Positions 61,301 through 64,000 of a stretch of DNA of 64,000 nucleotides are shown piece by piece. Numbering within the stretch: the stretch's first letter is position 1; each line of letters begins with the position of its first letter. Location of the stretch: positions 434,001 through 498,000 of the forward strand of contig NW_027211801.1 of NCBI RefSeq assembly GCF_036971445.1. The letters run 5' to 3'. The translations under genes were made by a program, and so were the position numbers. This stretch comes from Narcine bancroftii (taxonomy: Eukaryota). The notes below the pieces were generated by a model. It did no database searches. It was not told where the DNA came from and worked only from the letters and a program-made list of their open reading frames with translations.

Positions 61301-62385
61301 CGGTACCGCAAGGATGGCAGTCTCTTCAATCTGAGGCGCCTGCAAGCTCACACCAAGACATAAGAGCAACTTGTCCGTGAACTACTCTTTACAGACGATG
61401 CCGCTTTAGTTGCCCATTCAGAGCCAGCTCTCCAGTGCATGACATCCTGTTTTGCGGAAACTGCCAAAATGTTTGGCCTGGAACTCAGCCTGAAGAAAAC
61501 TGAGGTCCTCCATCAGCCAGCTCCCCACCATGACTACCAACCCCCCCACATCTCAATCAGGCACACAGAACTCAAAACGGTCAGCCAGTTTACCTACCTC
61601 GGCTGCACCATTTCATCTGATGCAAGGATCGACAAAGAGATAGACAACAGACTTGCCAAGGCAAATAGCGCCTTTGGAAGACTACACAAAAGAGTCTGGA
61701 AAAATAACCACCTGAGGAAACACACAAAGATCAGCGTGTACAGAGCCATTGTCATACCCACACTCCTGTTCCGCTCTAAATCATGGGTTCTCTACCGGAA
61801 TCACCTACGGCTCCTAGAACGCTTCCATCAGTGCTGTCTCCGCTCCATCCTCAACATTGATTAGAATGACTTCATCACCAACATCGAAGTACTCGAGATG
61901 GCAGAGGCCAACAGCATCGAATCCATGCTGCTGAAGACCCAACTGCGCTGGGTGGGTCACGTCTCCAGAATGGAGGACCATCGCCTTCCCAATATCGTGT
62001 TATATGGCGAGCTCTCCACTGGCCACCGAGACAGAGGTGCACCAAAGAAGAGGTACAAGGACTGCTTAAATAAATCTCTTGGTGCCTGCCACATTGACTA
62101 CCTCCAGTGGGCTGATATCGCTTCAAACTGTGCATCTTGGCGCCTCATAGTTCGGCGGGCAGCAACCTCTTTTGAAGAAAACCGCAGAGCCCACCTTACT
62201 GACAAAAGACAAAGGAGGAAAAACCCAACACCCAACCCCAACCAACCAATTTTCCCTTTCAACCGTTGCAACCGTGCCTGCCTGTTCCGCATCAGACTTG
62301 TCAGTCACCAATGAGCCTGCAGCAGATGTGGACATACCCCTCCATAAATCTTTGTCTGCGAAGCCAAGCCAAAGAAAGAAGAAGA
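55400..62385 (+). mobile_element. Near full-length RTE-clade LINE split by a CR1 insertion
   Basis: APE (DIAALSE-like, GVGF, LGDFNA) 55720-56609; RT (NYRGITLLS, ESQCGFR, GVKQGCVLAPTLF) 60059-62310; GAA-rich tail. Confidence 0.92.
56610..60058 (+). mobile_element. CR1 LINE (5'-truncated in ORF1) nested in the RTE
   Basis: ORF2 fragments including the 391-aa RT ORF 58778..59953; (TTCCTATG)n tail; RTE sequence resumes exactly at 60059. Confidence 0.95.
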
Positions 62386-62829
62386 GATAGTTATATTGAA
62401 CTAATCTGTATCTAACATTTCTAGTTATTTGACATATTATCTCAGCATAACTCTGACCAATTTGTTTAATCAATTTTCATATTTCAATTTTCAATTTCAC
62501 TGTCTGGATCGATGAACCCTCTGCTTAGGAGTTCCCTTTTGCAATAAAATGTGCATAGCTGAAGTAAATTTCTTTATATGCCTGTTATGAATCAATGTCC
62601 CCACATCATTTCATTGTGGTCATAACATTGTTGAACTCAGTTTATCTCTTGTATAAGCCCTTAGCTGATCATTTAAAAAAAAGTGCATACCATATTAAAA
62701 AATATGTATCCCATATTTATTTTTAAATTGTTCAAATGACATTAAATTTCCTCCTTTGTAACAATCATCTATATATCTAATTCCTTTTCGAGTCCAAATG
62801 TTTTAAAATTGATTATTCATTGCCAATGG

Positions 62830-63545
62830 AACAAGTCGCTTTTGAGCCAGAGGGCATTGTAGATAACATACCCCCCACCTCTTCCAATTTCAGTGTTTAT
62901 CTGTTCCAGGCATTAATCAAATGTTTCAACAAAGGGGTTTCCCTCTCACCTGATATCTCGATTTCCATCGATATACAACGTTTAAATGCGAGGTTGTTGT
63001 TGGTGCACCATTTATCCCTCCTGGATGCTGGCTCATCACCCCTTTTAGACAACCCACTACCGTGGTATCATCAGGGAATTTGTAGATGGTGTTATTTCTG
63101 TGCCGAGCCACACAGTGGTGGGTGTAAAGTGAGAAGAGCAGAGAACCTGTGGTGTATCGGTACTGCTGGAGATTGTGGGGGAGATGTTCTTACCAATACT
63201 CACTGATTGTGGTCTGGAGGTGAGGAAATCCAGGATTCAATTACACATTTGGGTATTAACTCCCAGGTCTTGGAGTTTGCTGATCAGTTTCGAGGGGTTG
63301 ATGGTGTTAAATGCTGAACTGTAGTCGATAAAGAGCATGCTAATGTATGCATCTTTGCTGCCCAGGTAATCCACAGCCAGTGAGTTGGCATCTGATATGA
63401 TAGGCGACTGGAACGAATCCATATCACCACTCAGACAAAAGCTGATCTGCTTCAACACCAACCTTTCAAAACACTTCATCACTGTCGATGTGAATGTCAC
63501 TGGTCATAGTCATCTAGGGCAGGTCACCACACTCTTCTTGGCACT
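62830..63545 (-). mobile_element. Rex1/Babar-like LINE RT fragment
   Basis: TSTVMKCFERLVL...MLFIDYSSAFNTI.PSKL..KL; KFPDDTTVVG. Confidence 0.8.
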
Positions 63546-64000
63546 AGTAGGATCGGTTCCGGCACTGCCACTAGGCAAACTAGGCAGTTTTGGGTGCCTT
63601 GGGCGCAGGCCTCAGAGTGGCGCAGTCTGGACATCCCGTGTGTAGGGGGCATATGTGAAAAGTTAGTGTGTGTGGCCATCTTTATCCTGTGCATGTGCAA
63701 TGGATTTGAGTACTGGGGCCAGCCGGTGCATGCGCAGTGGACCCGCAGGTGGGGGAATGTTTAGCGCATCTCTGAACGGGCGCGTAGCACTGTGACTGCA
63801 GAGCTTCAGCCGGCGTCCAGTGGAAAGTGGTGGGAAGGGCAGAATGGGGCTGGGGGAGGGGAGGGGTTCAAAAGAGGGAGGAAGCAGGTGGGCCTTTGAA
63901 GTTTGTGGAGGCTGATTCCCCGGTGGAGCAAAGGGTGACCTTGGTAAAGAATATTGATATTGTTAAGAGAGTCAAGGGGGATATTTTGACACAAAATATT

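Noticed and set aside
63545-64000. GC-rich end resembling a DNA-transposon/MITE terminus
   Set aside because: Cut by the window edge; no paired terminal inverted repeat or TSD visible

Overview
Repeat-dense vertebrate DNA, almost certainly from a cartilaginous fish; the cluster-type germline-joined Ig light chain points to a skate or ray, which is an inference. The only host genes I can find are three paralogous Ig light-chain units of the sigma-cart (type I / NS5-like) isotype. Copy A (2422-3359, +) is a split V...J pseudogene. It has lost nearly all of V but keeps a near-perfect 12-RSS and a decayed 23-RSS-like site before J. Copy B (12841-20172, +) is an intact gene with leader, germline-joined VJ and C exons (245 aa). 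Copy C (36123-36692, -) is an inverted germline-joined VJ pseudogene with no C exon seen. B and C differ at all four junction bases, and A and C share the same leader stop codon. The window may therefore record independent germline RAG-mediated joining events next to their unjoined precursor. The rest is nested transposons: CR1, L1, RTE, Rex1-like, Penelope-like, Tc1, Gypsy (one with a self-complementary primer site) and a young, internally deleted HERV-I/IP-like endogenous retrovirus. Boundaries of old repeats are approximate; all alignments were done by eye.
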